64,000 bases of DNA from Octopus vulgaris (GCA_951406725.2 OX597814.1:106764001-106828000); one strand, 5' to 3'. Shown: positions 26,630-41,781, counted from the first letter of the stretch. Program-made: numbers and translations. Notes: generated by a model from the letters alone, not told the origin.

Positions 26630-26676
26630 CATATATATATATATATATATATAAAATCTTGGTGTTTGAATGCTTT

Positions 26677-26716
<40 letters not shown>

Positions 26717-26801
26717 GCAATATATATATATGAAAGATATGTATATATATAAAAGATGTATATATATATATACTTAAAAGCAGCAGAAATATAACAAAAG
26801 A

Positions 26802-26837
26802 TGCTACTCAGAATTTCACGTTCCCGTTCGTCGGACA
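26802..26837 (-). ncRNA. Minimal type-I hammerhead ribozyme-like motif (CCGACGA core)
   Basis: TGT-CCGACGA-ACG ggaa CGT-GAAA-TTCTGA-GTA-GCA. The paralog at about 60207-60231 has CTGACGA and a perfect stem I but lacks stem II. Confidence 0.65.
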
Positions 26838-26840
26838 GTT

Positions 26841-27022
26841 TTGTGTTTGTCCCCACAACATCACTTGACAACCGATGTTGGTGTGTTTAAGTACCAGCAA
26901 CTTAGCGGTTCGGCAAAAGAGACCGATAGAATAAGTACTAAGCTTACAAAGAATAAGTCCTGGAATCGAGTAAAGACGGTGCTCCAGCATAGCTGCAGTC
27001 AAATGACTGAAACAAGTAAAAG
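26841..27022 (+). mobile_element. SINE family B, 3' half
   Basis: Shared body GGTTCGGCAAAAGAGACCGATAGAATAAGTACT and tail GGTGCTCCAGCA..CAGTCAAATGACTGAAACAAGTAAAAG. Confidence 0.88.
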
Positions 27023-27082
27023 TATATATATATATATATATATATCTGTAAATATAATTTGTGATAATTATTCGGTAGCCAT

Positions 27083-27143
27083 GATAAAACTCCGAGTTTC
27101 GGATGTCGGAGCGGAAACCCACGCCGGCATCTCTTCAGTTATC
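27083..27143 (-). ncRNA. Type-I hammerhead ribozyme motif
   Basis: GATAA-CTGAAGA-GATG..long hairpin..CATC-C-GAAA-CTCGGAG-TT-TTATC; stems I, II and III can all pair. Confidence 0.78.
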
Positions 27144-27710
27144 GAGCTATCAAAAAGAATGCTATGAAAATAGTATGTGTGTGAGCGTGTATGCGTATGT
27201 ACAAATTATTTTTGGCGAATGTGCGGGTGCGTATGTGTGTGTTTCAAGTGTGTGTGGATGAGCATATGCACATAGACACAAGTATGTGGGTGTGCGTGCG
27301 CGCATGTGTATGTATGGACATGCGCGCATACGCATTCGCCATGTGCATATTTACACCTTTACATTTTACTCTTATTGCTTATTTTTTACACTTTTTTTAC
27401 ACGTTTTTCTGTATTTTGCCTTTCGCCCTGTTTTTTCTTGTGCATGTGCGTATATAGACGTGTGTATGAACTTTTTTGTGTGCGTTTCAAATGAGGGTGG
27501 ATGAGTATATACATATAGGCGCATGTGCGTGGGTGTGCAGGCGCGCGTGTGTATGTATGGACATGCGCGCTTACGCGATTGCTGTGAACCTGTTTACTCC
27601 CTTACCTTACTTAGTGGTCATTCTAATAGCTCTTTTGTCTTAATAACGGCCAATCACACAGTAATTTCCCTTTGTTTAACGATCACTTTCATAGCATTTT
27701 TTGATAGCCC

Positions 27711-27771
27711 GATAACTGAAGAGATGCCGAGGCAGATTTCCGCCCCTACATCAGAAACTCAGAGTTTTATC
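27711..27771 (+). ncRNA. Type-I hammerhead ribozyme motif (inverted paralog of 27083-27143)
   Basis: GATAA-CTGAAGA-GATG..CATC-A-GAAA-CTCAGAG-TT-TTATC. Confidence 0.75.
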
Positions 27772-28175
27772 ATGACTGCCGAATAACTGTCACATATTAT
27801 ATTTACAGATAAATTCCTCTATTTTCATAATATCGAGGTCTCTTTCGTTCTTTTCTTGTCTTACCATTTCTATCAATATATATATATATAAAAAGTGTGT
27901 GTATGTGTATATATATATATAGTGTGTGTGTGTATATGCACACACATATACATATATGCATGTATGAAAGACTTCTAACAGTTATCTTTCACCATTGAAG
28001 TTGGTATTAATAATACTGTTGTTCATGTTTTTCTCGCTTCATCCTACCTTTACTCTCTCTCTCTTTCTATCTCTCACCTTCTCTATCTCTCTCTTCCTCT
28101 CTCTGTGCCTTTCTCCTTGCATATCTCTCTTTCTCTCTCTCTCTTTCTCTCTCTCTCTTTCTCTCTCTCTCTCTT

Positions 28176-28267
<92 letters not shown>

Positions 28268-28810
28268 TTTCTGACTAATGGACTGTTCCCATCTGATAAG
28301 ATACATAAAGTCGTTTTCTTGAAAAGGACACAGTCACTGAACTGGAAAAATATTGCACGTGGTATTCCACAGACTGTAACAGGATGAGTATAATGTTAAG
28401 TTCACTCCTGGGTGGAAACGAGGAACAACAACAACAGCAACATCGACGATGACGATGATAAGAGGTGGTCGTGATGTGGGTTGTGGTGGTTAAGGAGATG
28501 ACGACCATGATGACGACCATGATGATGATGATGATGAAAAAAAGGAACGGATGCCAGTTGATTTATCTTTCACTTTACCATTTTTACACTACAACTGGAA
28601 TATTTGAAAACAGTATAGATCAGTGAAGAATCGATCTTTTGAGCATATTTTTTATCTCTTTTTCATTTTGCACAATATGTGATATGGTAATTTTGAATAA
28701 ATGATTCTTATTCATGCTTTTGGAAGCAAAAGAAATGTCTAAAAGGGAAGAATAAATAAATAAATAAATAAATAAAAGAAATATAGATTGAGAGACTGGT
28801 GTGTGTGTGT

Positions 28811-28841
<31 letters not shown>

Positions 28842-28844
28842 ATA

Positions 28845-28922
<78 letters not shown>

Positions 28923-29033
28923 GCATTCAACATAGTTAAAATATATTTAATATATATATGTATATATCTATATATATACGTATATATATATATATATACA
29001 TACACAGAGAAAAAGATTAGATAGATAAATTGG

Positions 29034-29077
<44 letters not shown>

Positions 29078-29126
29078 GTATATATATATATCCATATATA
29101 AACATATATAAACATATATGTATATA

Positions 29127-29184
<58 letters not shown>

Positions 29185-29226
29185 ACATATATGTATATAC
29201 ATATATATATGGAGACATACAAAATT

Positions 29227-29351
<125 letters not shown>

Positions 29352-29621
29352 GAAAGAAATAATTGTGGAAACGGAGAAGTGAAATAAAAGAATCCATGAA
29401 TAATTAAACTTTAAATATTTTAGTGGAAACCAGTGAAACAACGGCGAGGAATCGAAATAATTCTGTAGAAAATGGTTGGCGAGATATGAAGATGGAAGTG
29501 TTTAAAAACAATATGTCTTGTGAGGGATTATGCATTTTTCATACTTCGATAACAAAATAAAAGAACTGCGTCAATGTGATATTTTTAGGAATGAAATTTC
29601 ATTTGGAAGCTAATAATAATA

Positions 29622-29717
<96 letters not shown>

Positions 29718-30000
29718 GGGAATGAATGTGTAAAGGGAACTAAATGCGCATGGGAAATGTATGAAAGGGAAATATTTTGTTAATAAGACAGCAACATGGT
29801 CTTGTATAAAATAGCTTTCAAAGAATTGAAAAAAAATATGAGGTTGAGGAGGCGGGAAATGGTGGCCAATGGTTGTGTTTTACTTAGGAAATTATAACGA
29901 GATAAGGATGATTATAACGACGCCCAAAACAGTTTTACCATATTTGGAAAATATTTTACAATTAGATTGCATAGGTATGTATAATGCGATTATTCTTATA

Positions 30001-30062
<62 letters not shown>

Positions 30063-30271
30063 TATATACATACATACACGCACACATGTTTTCCCTCACC
30101 CGCTGTCGAATACATAAGCGCACGGCCCGGGTATATCTCTGTCTGTGTGTGCGTGTGGTGGAGAGAATGAAATAGAATGGGATGACAAATTGGTGTTTAT
30201 GTGAATATAACTATATCAATCCACCTCTCTCATCTCTCCCTCTCTCTCTCTCTCACTCTCTCTCACTCTCG

Positions 30272-30303
<32 letters not shown>

Positions 30304-30341
30304 GTATATATATATACACACACACACATACACACAGAAAG

Positions 30342-30414
<73 letters not shown>

Positions 30415-30619
30415 CAATACATATGTATGTATGTACTATCAATGTGTATATGCATGTATGTATGTATGTATGTATGTATGTATGTATGTATGTATGTATG
30501 TATATAAACGTGTGTGATTTTTTTCTGTGTTTATATATAAGAGAGGTTTTATCTTTCTATGTGTATTGGTTTACGTATTGGTAGGTACGAGTAATGACAT
30601 TCTGATAAGAAATTGAAAA

Positions 30620-31900
30620 TATCCAAGTAACTTGCGCTTAAACATCAGCAGCCATTTCTAATCGCTTCCCGTGGACTGACAAACGCATTTCAAGCTCTTT
30701 TGTCATCTTCTAACCCGATGCATTAACATTGATCCTCTTTGACTGCCATAATTCTTATTGCATTCTAGACATATGATGCAATAAATGACACACTTTTGTT
30801 TGCAATTCATATTTGCAGTAAACTTTAATTCTCTCCCATTCTCGATTGTTTTTTTTAATTTCCTTTGGTTCCTTTTTGTTGCTTTTTGTTTTGTTCGTTT
30901 GTTTTACCCAGCTCAATCGATTCACACGATGGATTTCCACAGCTTGCATTTTTCCCTTTGTCCGATGTGAATTTCAACTTGAACGATTTAGTAGTTGTAT
31001 TCAACTGTTGCGACTTTTTAAATTTTTTCTTTTAAAATTTGATGGTTGATGTGGAATTGGAAAGTATTGTTTGGTCGAATGTATGATGTTGTGATTTCTG
31101 AGATTGTTGGTTATTACTAATAGAATATTTACGATTTTTGCCTCCACCCTCAATGTGAGAGTCTCCCCGTAAGTCAGAGACTGAACTCTCTTGTATCTTG
31201 GTTATAGCATGATTTACTAATTTTATGGATATTTGGGTTTCTGAAGAAATACTTTTCGTTCTGCTAGTCGTCTTTCTCATTTACTTGGGTTCATAACTTT
31301 TGAACATACATGATTTGTCATATTAAATGGGGCATTCTTGTTTAATATGAGAAGAATGGCCAGATCTAAAATCCAAGTATAGATGTGTGGCTGTCTTTGC
31401 AATAGAGATCGGTTATAACAGTCTTATTTTCCTTAATCGCCAAAATATGAATCGATTCATGAGTACTACTTATAAACTCCAGGAATCTTGCAAGGTCTTC
31501 CTTACTTCTGTTCCAAAATATGAAACAGCCATCCAAGAATCTTTTCTAGTTTTCTTTTAAATAGGATTAAAAATATTAATCAACAGTAATTCCAGATCGG
31601 ACATTGATATTTTATATCCAAACAATGGTATCACTAAAGTTGCAAAGGTTGGTGCTACTTTACTACCCATTGTGGCCAATTATATATGAAGGTAGTATCG
31701 GTTATCAAAAAAGTAGTTGCTACGTAGCACGATCGTAATCCTTCTGGTACAAATTCTGTTTTGAATGTCTCTTAAAGTATCTGTATTTGTCTCTACATAC
31801 TTCTACTGGTTATAATGATAAAGAACTATTTCCAAAACGAGAACCCTAATTCATAAAGGGAGCAGTGGAATATCGATTCACATGCAACTAAGACTGATCT
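30620..31900 (-). pseudogene. Degenerate Penelope-like element (RT + GIY-YIG)
   Basis: Minus strand across frameshifts: ATMGSKVAPTFATLV, KRFLDGCFIFWNRSKEDL, TDLYCK..YLDFRSGH, NMNCKQKCVIYCIICLECNKNYG. Confidence 0.82.
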
Positions 31901-33020
31901 ATTTCAGTAGCTGTTAGAATATTTAAATTCCACTATATGTTCTTTCCAGCACTTTAAAGTAAGTATTTATGCGTCTATCTCTCATATCTATGATTTTTAG
32001 GTTTAAAAAAAAAAGTAATCAGAAATTATCTGCTCTAGAAATAGTGTACGTAAGCAGAACAATAAAGATATTCAAGATTTTTCTACATTTCTACATTTGC
32101 TCTTTTTACCAAGTTCCCGTATTGAAATTACACGAGGGATACAAATAATAAAAAGGGGGAGATATACATACGTACGCACATACATGTCTACATGCAAGTA
32201 CGGTAAAACGTAAAAGACTTTCTCACTTCCCGAGCGTTAAACTAATACATCTGTTTGTTGTTTACACACACCCGTCTTCGTCTTTTGTTTTTGTTTTGTT
32301 TTTTTGTAAATTCTCACTATATATATATACACACACACGCGCGCATGCATACATATAATGTATATAGATACATATGTGACGCTTTCTGTAATGTCAGGAA
32401 ACTTCCTTTAGGGGGCAATAAAACGAGTACCAATGATGCACTGGGGGTCGTTGTAATCGACTTAACCCCTCTGCTGAACTTGCTGAACTTGTGTTAAAAT
32501 CTTAAACCAATATTATTGGTAAGAATGTTTAGAAAAACAAACACAATAACGCCTGTGTGTTTGCCGTACCAGCTGCTCCTCTCGATCCTTGACCATCAAA
32601 ACAGATTACTGACATGCATTGTTGCTTAATCCTAATCCAGCAGACCTGAGATCAAATAAGTCCAACCTGAAACTTCAATCTTTTAAAACATGCCTGGAAA
32701 ATTTGTTGTTATTTCTAGCAAGCCAAATAACCACCTAGAAGTTGTCGCGTTGGACCACGAGTGATATATGTTCTGACAGGGGTTTCCTGTGCGAATACAG
32801 ATTTACGTGAGTGTGTGTACGTGTGTGTTTAGATGTGTGTGTATTTCAATGTAAGTCTATGTGTGTTTGTCTTTTTGTGTGTGTTTGAATAGGATTTTGT
32901 TTGTTTTGCGTGCGCGCATGCGTACAGGTTTATGTTTGGGTCTGTTGGGACGTGACTGGAGGTACGTGTTTTTCACTTTGTGAGTTTGTATATGTATATG
33001 TGTATATGTGTGTGAAAGTG

Positions 33021-33058
<38 letters not shown>

Positions 33059-33061
33059 ATT

Positions 33062-33290
33062 TTTCATCATTTATTTGGTTCAGGCCATGTTGGAGCCCCG
33101 CCTTGAAAAAAGTTGGGGTTTTCGTGGGGGGGGGGTTAGTCGAACGAATCAACCCCAGTACTTTTTAAAGCTTGATATTTATTTTATCGTTCACTTTGGC
33201 TGAACCGCTAAGTTACAGAGACGCAAATTTTCAACACCGGTTGTCAAGCTGTGATGGAATACATATACAGACAGACACAAACACATACAC
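33062..33290 (-). mobile_element. SINE family B, diverged 3' half
   Basis: GGCCATGTTGGAGC..GAACCGCTAAGTTAC..CAACACCGGTTGTCAAGC is the reverse complement of the family B body. Confidence 0.75.
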
Positions 33291-33598
33291 GCACGCACGT
33301 ATATATATATATATATATATATGCGTGCGCTTGTGTATATGTCTTTGTCTATGTATAACTGAAATGTATATTTGTGTATATGTATGCGGATAACAATTTG
33401 TGTGTGTGTGCGTGTACATACGTGCTTGTATCTATATATATATATGTGCATAGGTACACACTTGTATAATTGTGTGTTTGTGTCAATGTATACAAACTCT
33501 GTGGAAGCGTGTGTGTTTGTGAGTTTCCTTATGAGTTTATGTATGCGGGAATGTCTATTTGTATATGTGTGTGTGTGTGTGTGTGTCTGTGTCTGTGT

Positions 33599-33696
<98 letters not shown>

Positions 33697-33959
33697 AAGG
33701 AAAGGTACTTGAAAGAAAACTTTGCCAGAAGCGAATCTTTCTTTAAATTTAGAAATATTCTTAACTTTTGTAAATGTTTCCATTTGAAACTGTCATTCTG
33801 TCCAAAAATGGCTTTTGAGAAGACGCACAATTGCGATTCTCGGGAAGCGAGAAACGTCAAAGAAGAAAGTCAACAAAAGCCAACAGTGTGTTCTTTCTGA
33901 AAAATAACAGTAAAATTCGGGAAACCCAAGGGGAGTTTCCTGTTGTTGCTGTTGCTAGC

Positions 33960-34440
<481 letters not shown>

Positions 34441-34557
34441 GTGATATATTTTTTTATTGTTAATATTGCTATTTGCATAATCTTCTGGCTAAATTTAGAA
34501 ATATCTCGGAATCAAGAGAAAATGCGTTTGTAATATATGTATATGTATATGTATATG

Positions 34558-34659
<102 letters not shown>

Positions 34660-35402
34660 CACGCACACTCACACATACACATATATATATATACATACAT
34701 ACTTACGTGCATATATGTATGTGTGCATGTACGTGTGTGAATGTGTGTGTGCGTGCGTGTAATGTATATAGGTGTATGCATGCGTTTGTGTGTGTGGAGG
34801 AGGGATGGGATGTCTGAGGTGTGTGTGAGTGTGTCCGTATGCAAAATATGAATTTCGTTTTGAATCAAAGAATAAAAAGTGTTGCCAATGGTTGATCAGT
34901 AAGTCTTTTCATGTGCAAGACAAAAGAAAACGCAGTTTATTGTGGCAATGTGCCATGCTAGATATTGTTGAAGACAGCGAGGTTCTAACAAATATTTAAT
35001 TAAAATGTTTTCTAATCTACAACTCCACTAAATGGATGTTTATCTTTGACCAATTCAAATGAAAGCAAAAAAAAAAATACAGAACAAAAACCATTCCTTA
35101 CGGTATTTAGCAATATAATAATAACTTCATTATTTATTCTCTTGTAGAATACATACAAATATTCATACACACAGGCACCACACACATACATGAACATATA
35201 CAGATTTATATAAATATAAGAATATATATATATACGTATATAGATATATACATATACAAACAAATGAATATATAAAATACAGACACACACATATTAATGT
35301 TTAACGGTGTTTGATAAGTGCTATTGCACGAAACTTTCGGCCCTTAAGTCATACTGTTGCTTCTACTAAATAATATATATATATACACACACACACATAT
35401 AC

Positions 35403-35487
<85 letters not shown>

Positions 35488-35502
35488 AGACTACCGGTAC
35501 AC

Positions 35503-35589
<87 letters not shown>

Positions 35590-36234
35590 TACCGGTGGAG
35601 CTATTTCTAGCACTAGAGTTAACATATTCAAAGTTGGCTCTCTTATATTTACGGATAAATATGAATTTGTATCCCCGGTTTATTGTGCTGGGTCGCTCGG
35701 TGTTAAAATAAGGGTATTATTGAATTAATATCTATAATTTTATTCACCCTCATTATTGAATATATATATATATATTCATGTTTTGAGTTCTATTTTTCCT
35801 GTTTGCATCATATATACATGTGCGTGTGTATGTAAATAGGGGGTAAAGGAATTCGCGAACGCAGGGGACATACAGACAGACAGACAAACGGACAGACATA
35901 AAGACAGGTCGACAGACAGACAGAAAGATAGAGAAAAATTATCGGCCTGAGATCGTGTTAGAACCGAAACATTTACATGGAGGAAACGTTATTTTGGCTA
36001 ATTAAAAGAAGCCAAAAGCAATTAGCTTCATTTTTGTTTATTTCTTAAAAGTCTTTTATGGTGCGAAGTGCGACGAAATTATTTGTGACACTTCCTATTT
36101 AGACAACACTTTTAAGTAACTTAAGAAAATGACTGCAACGGTTTTCTTGCGGTTTAAATTGTCTACAGTGATTTTTTACGATGTAATCATTACAGACACA
36201 CACACACACACACGCACACACAATGTAATGTGAA

Positions 36235-36266
<32 letters not shown>

Positions 36267-36341
36267 TGTTTCTCCCATTGTAGCATATATATAAAATGTG
36301 TCTGAAACAGCTGTAGTGAACTTTAACCCATTTGTACCTTT

Positions 36342-36372
<31 letters not shown>

Positions 36373-36468
36373 AATTTAAATAATATGAGTGGAAATTGTT
36401 GTTAATCAATTAAAACCAGTGGCTTAACATATTTAAAAAATCCGAAGATTAAAAATTGTGTTACATAC

Positions 36469-36611
36469 AAAATTAAGAGGAATGACCACTAAAGTGGACA
36501 CCCTATATACTAAACATAGACGTTCTTGAGAACACATTCATCGTGGTATTGGCGATTTGACGTCTATGTTTAACATATAGGATGTCCACTGTAGTGGTCA
36601 TAGCTCTTAAT

Positions 36612-36614
<3 letters not shown>
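36469..36614. repeat. Imperfect palindrome, about 145 bp
   Basis: AAAATTAAGAG..ATGACCACT..GTGGACA..AAACATAGACGT versus ACGTCTATGTTT..TGTCCAC..AGTGGTCAT..CTCTTAATTTT; sits between (TA)n tracts. Confidence 0.85.
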
Positions 36615-36655
<41 letters not shown>

Positions 36656-36687
36656 TATATACAGAGACAGACAGACAGACTGAGAGA

Positions 36688-37052
36688 CGCGCAGGAGTGG
36701 CTGCGTGGTAAGAAGCTTGCTTACCAACTGCATGGTTCCAGGTTCAGTCCCACTGCATTGCACCTTGAGCAAGTGTTTTCTGCTATAGCCTTGTGAGTGG
36801 ATTTGGTAGTCGGAAGCTGAAAGAAGCCCGTCGTACATATATATATGTATATTTATATGTGTGTGTGTGGGGGGGTGTTTATCGCCCCACCATCGCTTGA
36901 CAACCGACGTTGATGTGTTTATATCAGTTCAACAAAAAGAGACCGATAGAATGAGTACTGGGCTTACAAAGAATAAGTCCTGGGGTCGATTTCTTCAACT
37001 AAAAGTGGTGCTCCAGCATGGCCACAGTCAAATGACTGAAACAAGTAAAAGA
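36688..37052 (+). mobile_element. SINE family B, full length (tRNA head, CORE-like ACCTTGAGCAAGT, internal microsatellite, LINE-like tail)
   Basis: A-box TGGCTGCGTGG, B-box GGTTCAGTCCC, and tail shared with other copies. Confidence 0.9.
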
Positions 37053-37104
37053 AGCAAAGAATATGTGTGTGTGTGTCTGTGTGTGTCTGTGTGTCTGTGT
37101 GTGT

Positions 37105-37185
<81 letters not shown>

Positions 37186-38553
37186 CGTGCATTTTTTATG
37201 TATATGTACATTTGTGGATGTGATGATGTTACGCACTTGTGTTAGAATTTATATAATTATCATGATTTTTCTGTAGAGAACTATGAAAACTGTTTTATTT
37301 ATCATTTTATATATTTTTCAAACATATTTTCCCATCCTCTATTTACTCCCTTTATCTATCTCCTGCGTCTCTAACTTTTCTCATTATCTTCATTTCCGCA
37401 ACTTCCCATATTGTTATCGTGCCATCCAATCACATTATACCATATCGCCCTATGATATCACATTATACCATATCAGTCTATCTTATCACGTTGTTCTCCC
37501 ATTGTAATGTTGTGTTTGTTCTGTTCCCTTTGTGGAAAAAACAACTCTTTTGTTTCGATTCCATCATCTTCCTTGCCATCGTTCATCTTCCTCACCCTCT
37601 TTCTCTCAATCCTCTATCTCTCACCGTCGCCATTTTCTGCTCACCGCACCATCTTGTCAAAACTGCTCCACTCCATTATTTCAAAACTGTACGCCACTTC
37701 CTTTTCGCAACATTATCTTACATTATCAGTTTGTGTTACCTAAACTGTTATATGATATATTTCGATAAACAGAAAACATCGACGGCCGGAGAGAAAAATA
37801 AAAGAGAAAAACTTCCATAAATTGTACAACATTGATAAGGAGTGATGGATATCGGATATCGGCTGATTTTTAACAATGATTTTTAACAATGATAAACACT
37901 CGTCATATTCTCAACATATAAGTATTAATAATTCTCTATCTTTCTCTTGAATGAATCGCGTATGTCTATTTAATTCATGTACGTGAATGTCTTTGTGTTA
38001 CCAAACATTTCGATAGATTTCAGGTGTGATGCAGCCGACAGAAGGACCCAAACTACAAATAATCTGATCCTACCTGATTAATTAGTATTTACAGGTGTTG
38101 ACCATTCATGTTAAGGGTTCAGCGTCTAGATAAGATCTATTACAAATCAGTCTGGTTGTCACTAGTTTGTCTCAATTACAATTCTACAACAAAATGCTTT
38201 CAAATATTTAGATTTTAAAACTGTCTTTGTGTGATTTTAGCGAAAATGTTCTTGTTGTTATTGGTAAAGTTGTTGTCGACGATGTTGCTGTTGTTCTCAT
38301 CGTGGTGGTGGTGGTGGTGGTGATGATGGTCGTCGTCGTCGTCCTCGTCGTGGGTATTTTTTTCCGTTTGTAATGATTTGAGGAAGGTTTGGCAGTTATT
38401 TCTAGTAGGTCTGGCGATACATAAAGACGGGCTCCTTTTTTGGTTTCGCCTCACTAATGAATTTGTTAAAGTTGTCTCTTGCTAATTATAAAATATATAT
38501 ACATGTGTGCGTGTGTGTGTGTGTCTGTATGTGTGTGTGTGTGTGTGTGTTTG

Positions 38554-38588
<35 letters not shown>

Positions 38589-38594
38589 ATGTAC

Positions 38595-39815
38595 AATACC
38601 TCAATAATTAGAATAAACCGAGGTTTATATAAAAGTTCCTACGCGTGTTTCACGAACATGATTGTTTGGAGCCTAGCCGAAGGTACTGCAAGAGCATTTA
38701 AATGCTCAAACGCGCAACGGATCCTCGGAGAATACTTTATTGTATCAAATTGCATAATTATCTGTAACTTGATACAATAAAATGATGTTTTGTCGGGCCT
38801 TAAGATAAATGCACCAGATGCACATAATGGTAAAACTGAAAAAGAAGATGAGATACAAGTAAGTGAAATTAGCGAAGCAACAAATGAATTTCGTGATATT
38901 TAACTTGAAACCATTCGGTTATTATTCTACCATAAATGCCCAAAGACGTTATTTGTTCGTATGAGGCTGCTATTCATGTTTCCAACAGTTTAATTTTCAA
39001 TATTTCCTAATAGATCCATTGTTAACTTCAGAATATTTTTTAATATGCTACTTCTTTTAAGTCTATGTATCTGATAACTGAAACGATAGAAGTTCGATGG
39101 AATAGTACAAAATAAATATGGCTTTTGAGAATATCTTTGTTTTTTGTAAGTGAAATATTTTACTTCAATATTACCGCCCATGATCGCTTATTATAGGTGG
39201 GCGGTTATTTAAGCCAAAAATTAGTTTTATAAAATAGAATTTTCCATTTAACAGCACTGGACGGATTTTCGGAAAACTCCGGTATTACTTTAGAATGAAG
39301 TTAGGTAGAACAAATTTCTCAAATGTCTTTAAGTCGCCCTCCTCCTCCAGTGAATTTTGGGGCTTATAAACCTAATATTTTATCTTTTTTTCTTAATACT
39401 GGTTCCCATATTACATTCATATCTGCACCAGGTCTGCTCAGCAGGTTATTATGTCCAAGCATATGTGCTGCCTCTTTTAATTTTCGTATTTTCCAGGTGT
39501 CCGCTGTCTATTATTTTCACTTCATCCCACAAGGAGATGTGGTCTCCGTTTTTCCATGCATGATCGGCTATACCCGATTTTTCAATATCTCCTCGTGTCA
39601 CAGCTTTACGATGTTCTTCTACCGTTATTTTAAGGGGGTGGCATGTTTCGCCTTTGTATAATTTACCACAACTGCATGGGATGGACTACACGCAATTTTT
39701 GGTCACATTCTCTTCTATTGGTGGTTATACTTGGAGAAGATATTTGCGAAGAGTTGTATTACTTCTGAATACTGTCCTGATGTCATTTGGACCGCATATC
39801 TTTCTAGTTACTTAA
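38595..39815 (-). mobile_element. 3' part of a Penelope-like element (GIY-YIG endonuclease + 3' pLTR)
   Basis: Minus strand at about 39690-39430 reads SIPCSCGKLYKGETCHPLKITVEEHRKAVTRGDIEKSGIADHAW..WDEVKIID..IRKLKEAAH; a hammerhead motif lies downstream on the same strand. Confidence 0.8.
38636..38732 (-). ncRNA. Hammerhead ribozyme-like motif with long stem II (CCGAGGA core)
   Basis: TTCT-CCGAGGA-[..GTTTGAGC..GCTCCAAAC..]-GAAAC-ACGC-GTA-GGAA. Confidence 0.6.
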
Positions 39816-39828
39816 GAAATTATTATAA

Positions 39829-39874
<46 letters not shown>

Positions 39875-39878
39875 CATT

Positions 39879-39934
<56 letters not shown>

Positions 39935-39952
39935 TATTATTATTATTATTAT

Positions 39953-40001
<49 letters not shown>

Positions 40002-40004
<3 letters not shown>

Positions 40005-41717
40005 TATTATAAAAGGCAGATTTTATCTGCCTCCCTTTGTATCTTATAGAAATCTACAATATAGGATTTCTTCAATTACAATTTACCTAGCATTTTTATC
40101 TGCCTCCCTTTGTATCTTATAGAAATCTACAATATAGGATTTCTTCAATTACAATTTACCTAGCATTTTTAAGAGTAGAATGCATCGGGTTTTGCCAGGT
40201 CCACTTTTTAAAATTTCAACCCCAATTAAGCAAAATTTAGAGAAAACTCACATTGTGGTGTATGCGTCAAATGCTTCTCTTAGTGTGGTCTACAGCACAC
40301 GCACACGCACACACACAGTGTGCAACGAATAAAGTGAAAGTAATTCACTGTGTGTGTGTTGACAAGTAGACAGTAGAATGCGATGGCGATGGCGATGGCG
40401 ATGTAATATTTGTTTCAGTCTATGACGCTGATAGATACATGAGTAAAATGTATGGGACGCTAAGAGATAAGAGTGAGTGAAAATGTTCTTGGAAGAGAGT
40501 AAATAGCGAGAGAGTGATTTGAGGAAGACTTTACATTAAATAACCGTAGTGGCTTGTCAAATGAAGAGGAGTGAAAGGGTACTGGAGGAAATAGGGTGAG
40601 TGAGGAAGATGGCCCCTAGCAACCACACCTTTTAAGATAGGGATTTCTAAGGTAGCCCACGAGCATCGTCACCTCATTCTACATGTCCCTGTAAATTTTG
40701 GAGCAAATCGAACGGGATAAAGTTATCTCTAAGAAACAGAAAGATCGCCCAAAAGTGTATATAGATATTTAAATGTATTTATATATTCATCTATACACAC
40801 ATGTATGTATAATGTGCGTGTATATATTTCCATAACCATTCAATCCATACAAAGTTTTTTAGGACGAAAATATTTATATATAAAAGAAAGGTTGTGTGTC
40901 TGTCTACTCCGATTTAGATTCCTAACTACTCCCACATTTTGCGATGCAGTTTAACCAAAACCGGGTATCTTATAGTCGTGATTCATATCAAGCCCTTCTG
41001 GGTATTAACGCGCGTCTACGATGAGTCTATGATTTTACAAATAATTTACCATCATTTTTTTCCATTTTAACGCATATTTTTTTTAATAAAGGGAAGTAAC
41101 TCTCAAACTTCACACCAATATGCGTGCTCATATGCGACGTAATATCACATCAGCAGCATTTCCTCACACTCTCCTTGCACTTGGCGAAGGCAAAATACCA
41201 GGGGATGAAAATGGTAATATTGCCATCGATTCCATTTGTAACATTGTTAAGACGCCTTCTGATCTCAGAGATGCAGTGTTCCCAGATCTACAAGCTAATT
41301 ATCAGAATATGGATTGGATTGGCAAAAAGGCTATACTGGCCCCGAGGAATAAAACTGTTCACCATATTAATGATGAAATGCTAAAACTCATTCCTGGGGA
41401 AGTCTGTGTATATCAGTCTATCGATACAACTCCTGACCCAGAGGACGTCATCAACTATCCAATAGAGGTACTCAATTCCTTTGAGCACCCCGGACTACCA
41501 CCACACTTTCTCAAACTTAAAGTTGGTGCCCCTATAATGCTCATCAGAAATTTGGTTCCCCCAAAACAATGCAATGGCACACGTTTGATCGTTAAGTCCT
41601 TATCTCCCACCGTAAACTTATATCAATATTTGCCTGAATAATCATCATAATTCAGTGCAATCATTAACAGTACTTTCAAGCAATTCAGCCCCGAGCAACG
41701 CCGGGCAATTCTTCTAG
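40002..41717 (+). mobile_element. Composite Helitron inserted in (AT)n
   Basis: 5' TC, 3' hairpin CCCGAGCAACGCCGGG + CTAG, A|T target, internal about 75-bp duplication (40020-40170), second Helitron 5' end at about 40873. Confidence 0.85.
41105..41615 (+). pseudogene. PIF1-family (Helitron RepHel) helicase fragment
   Basis: NMRAH..LLALGEG..KAILAPRN..V..IN..YQSID..YPIEVLNS...GLPPHFLKLKVGAPIMLIRNL....CNGTRLIV. Confidence 0.92.
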
Positions 41718-41781
41718 TATATATATATATATATACAGTTTGGCTGCTTGCTTCTCTGGAGACTGTCAGAATGATGTAGAC

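Noticed and set aside
35307-35340. TTGATAA-GTGC tatt GCAC-GAAAC hammerhead-like string (related sequence at about 63340-63372)
   Set aside because: Two core mismatches and no stem III or stem I closure; counted only as a partial motif.
36688-36760. tRNA-like sequences with A/B boxes (also at other SINE heads)
   Set aside because: They are SINE heads continuing into repeat bodies; no full cloverleaf.
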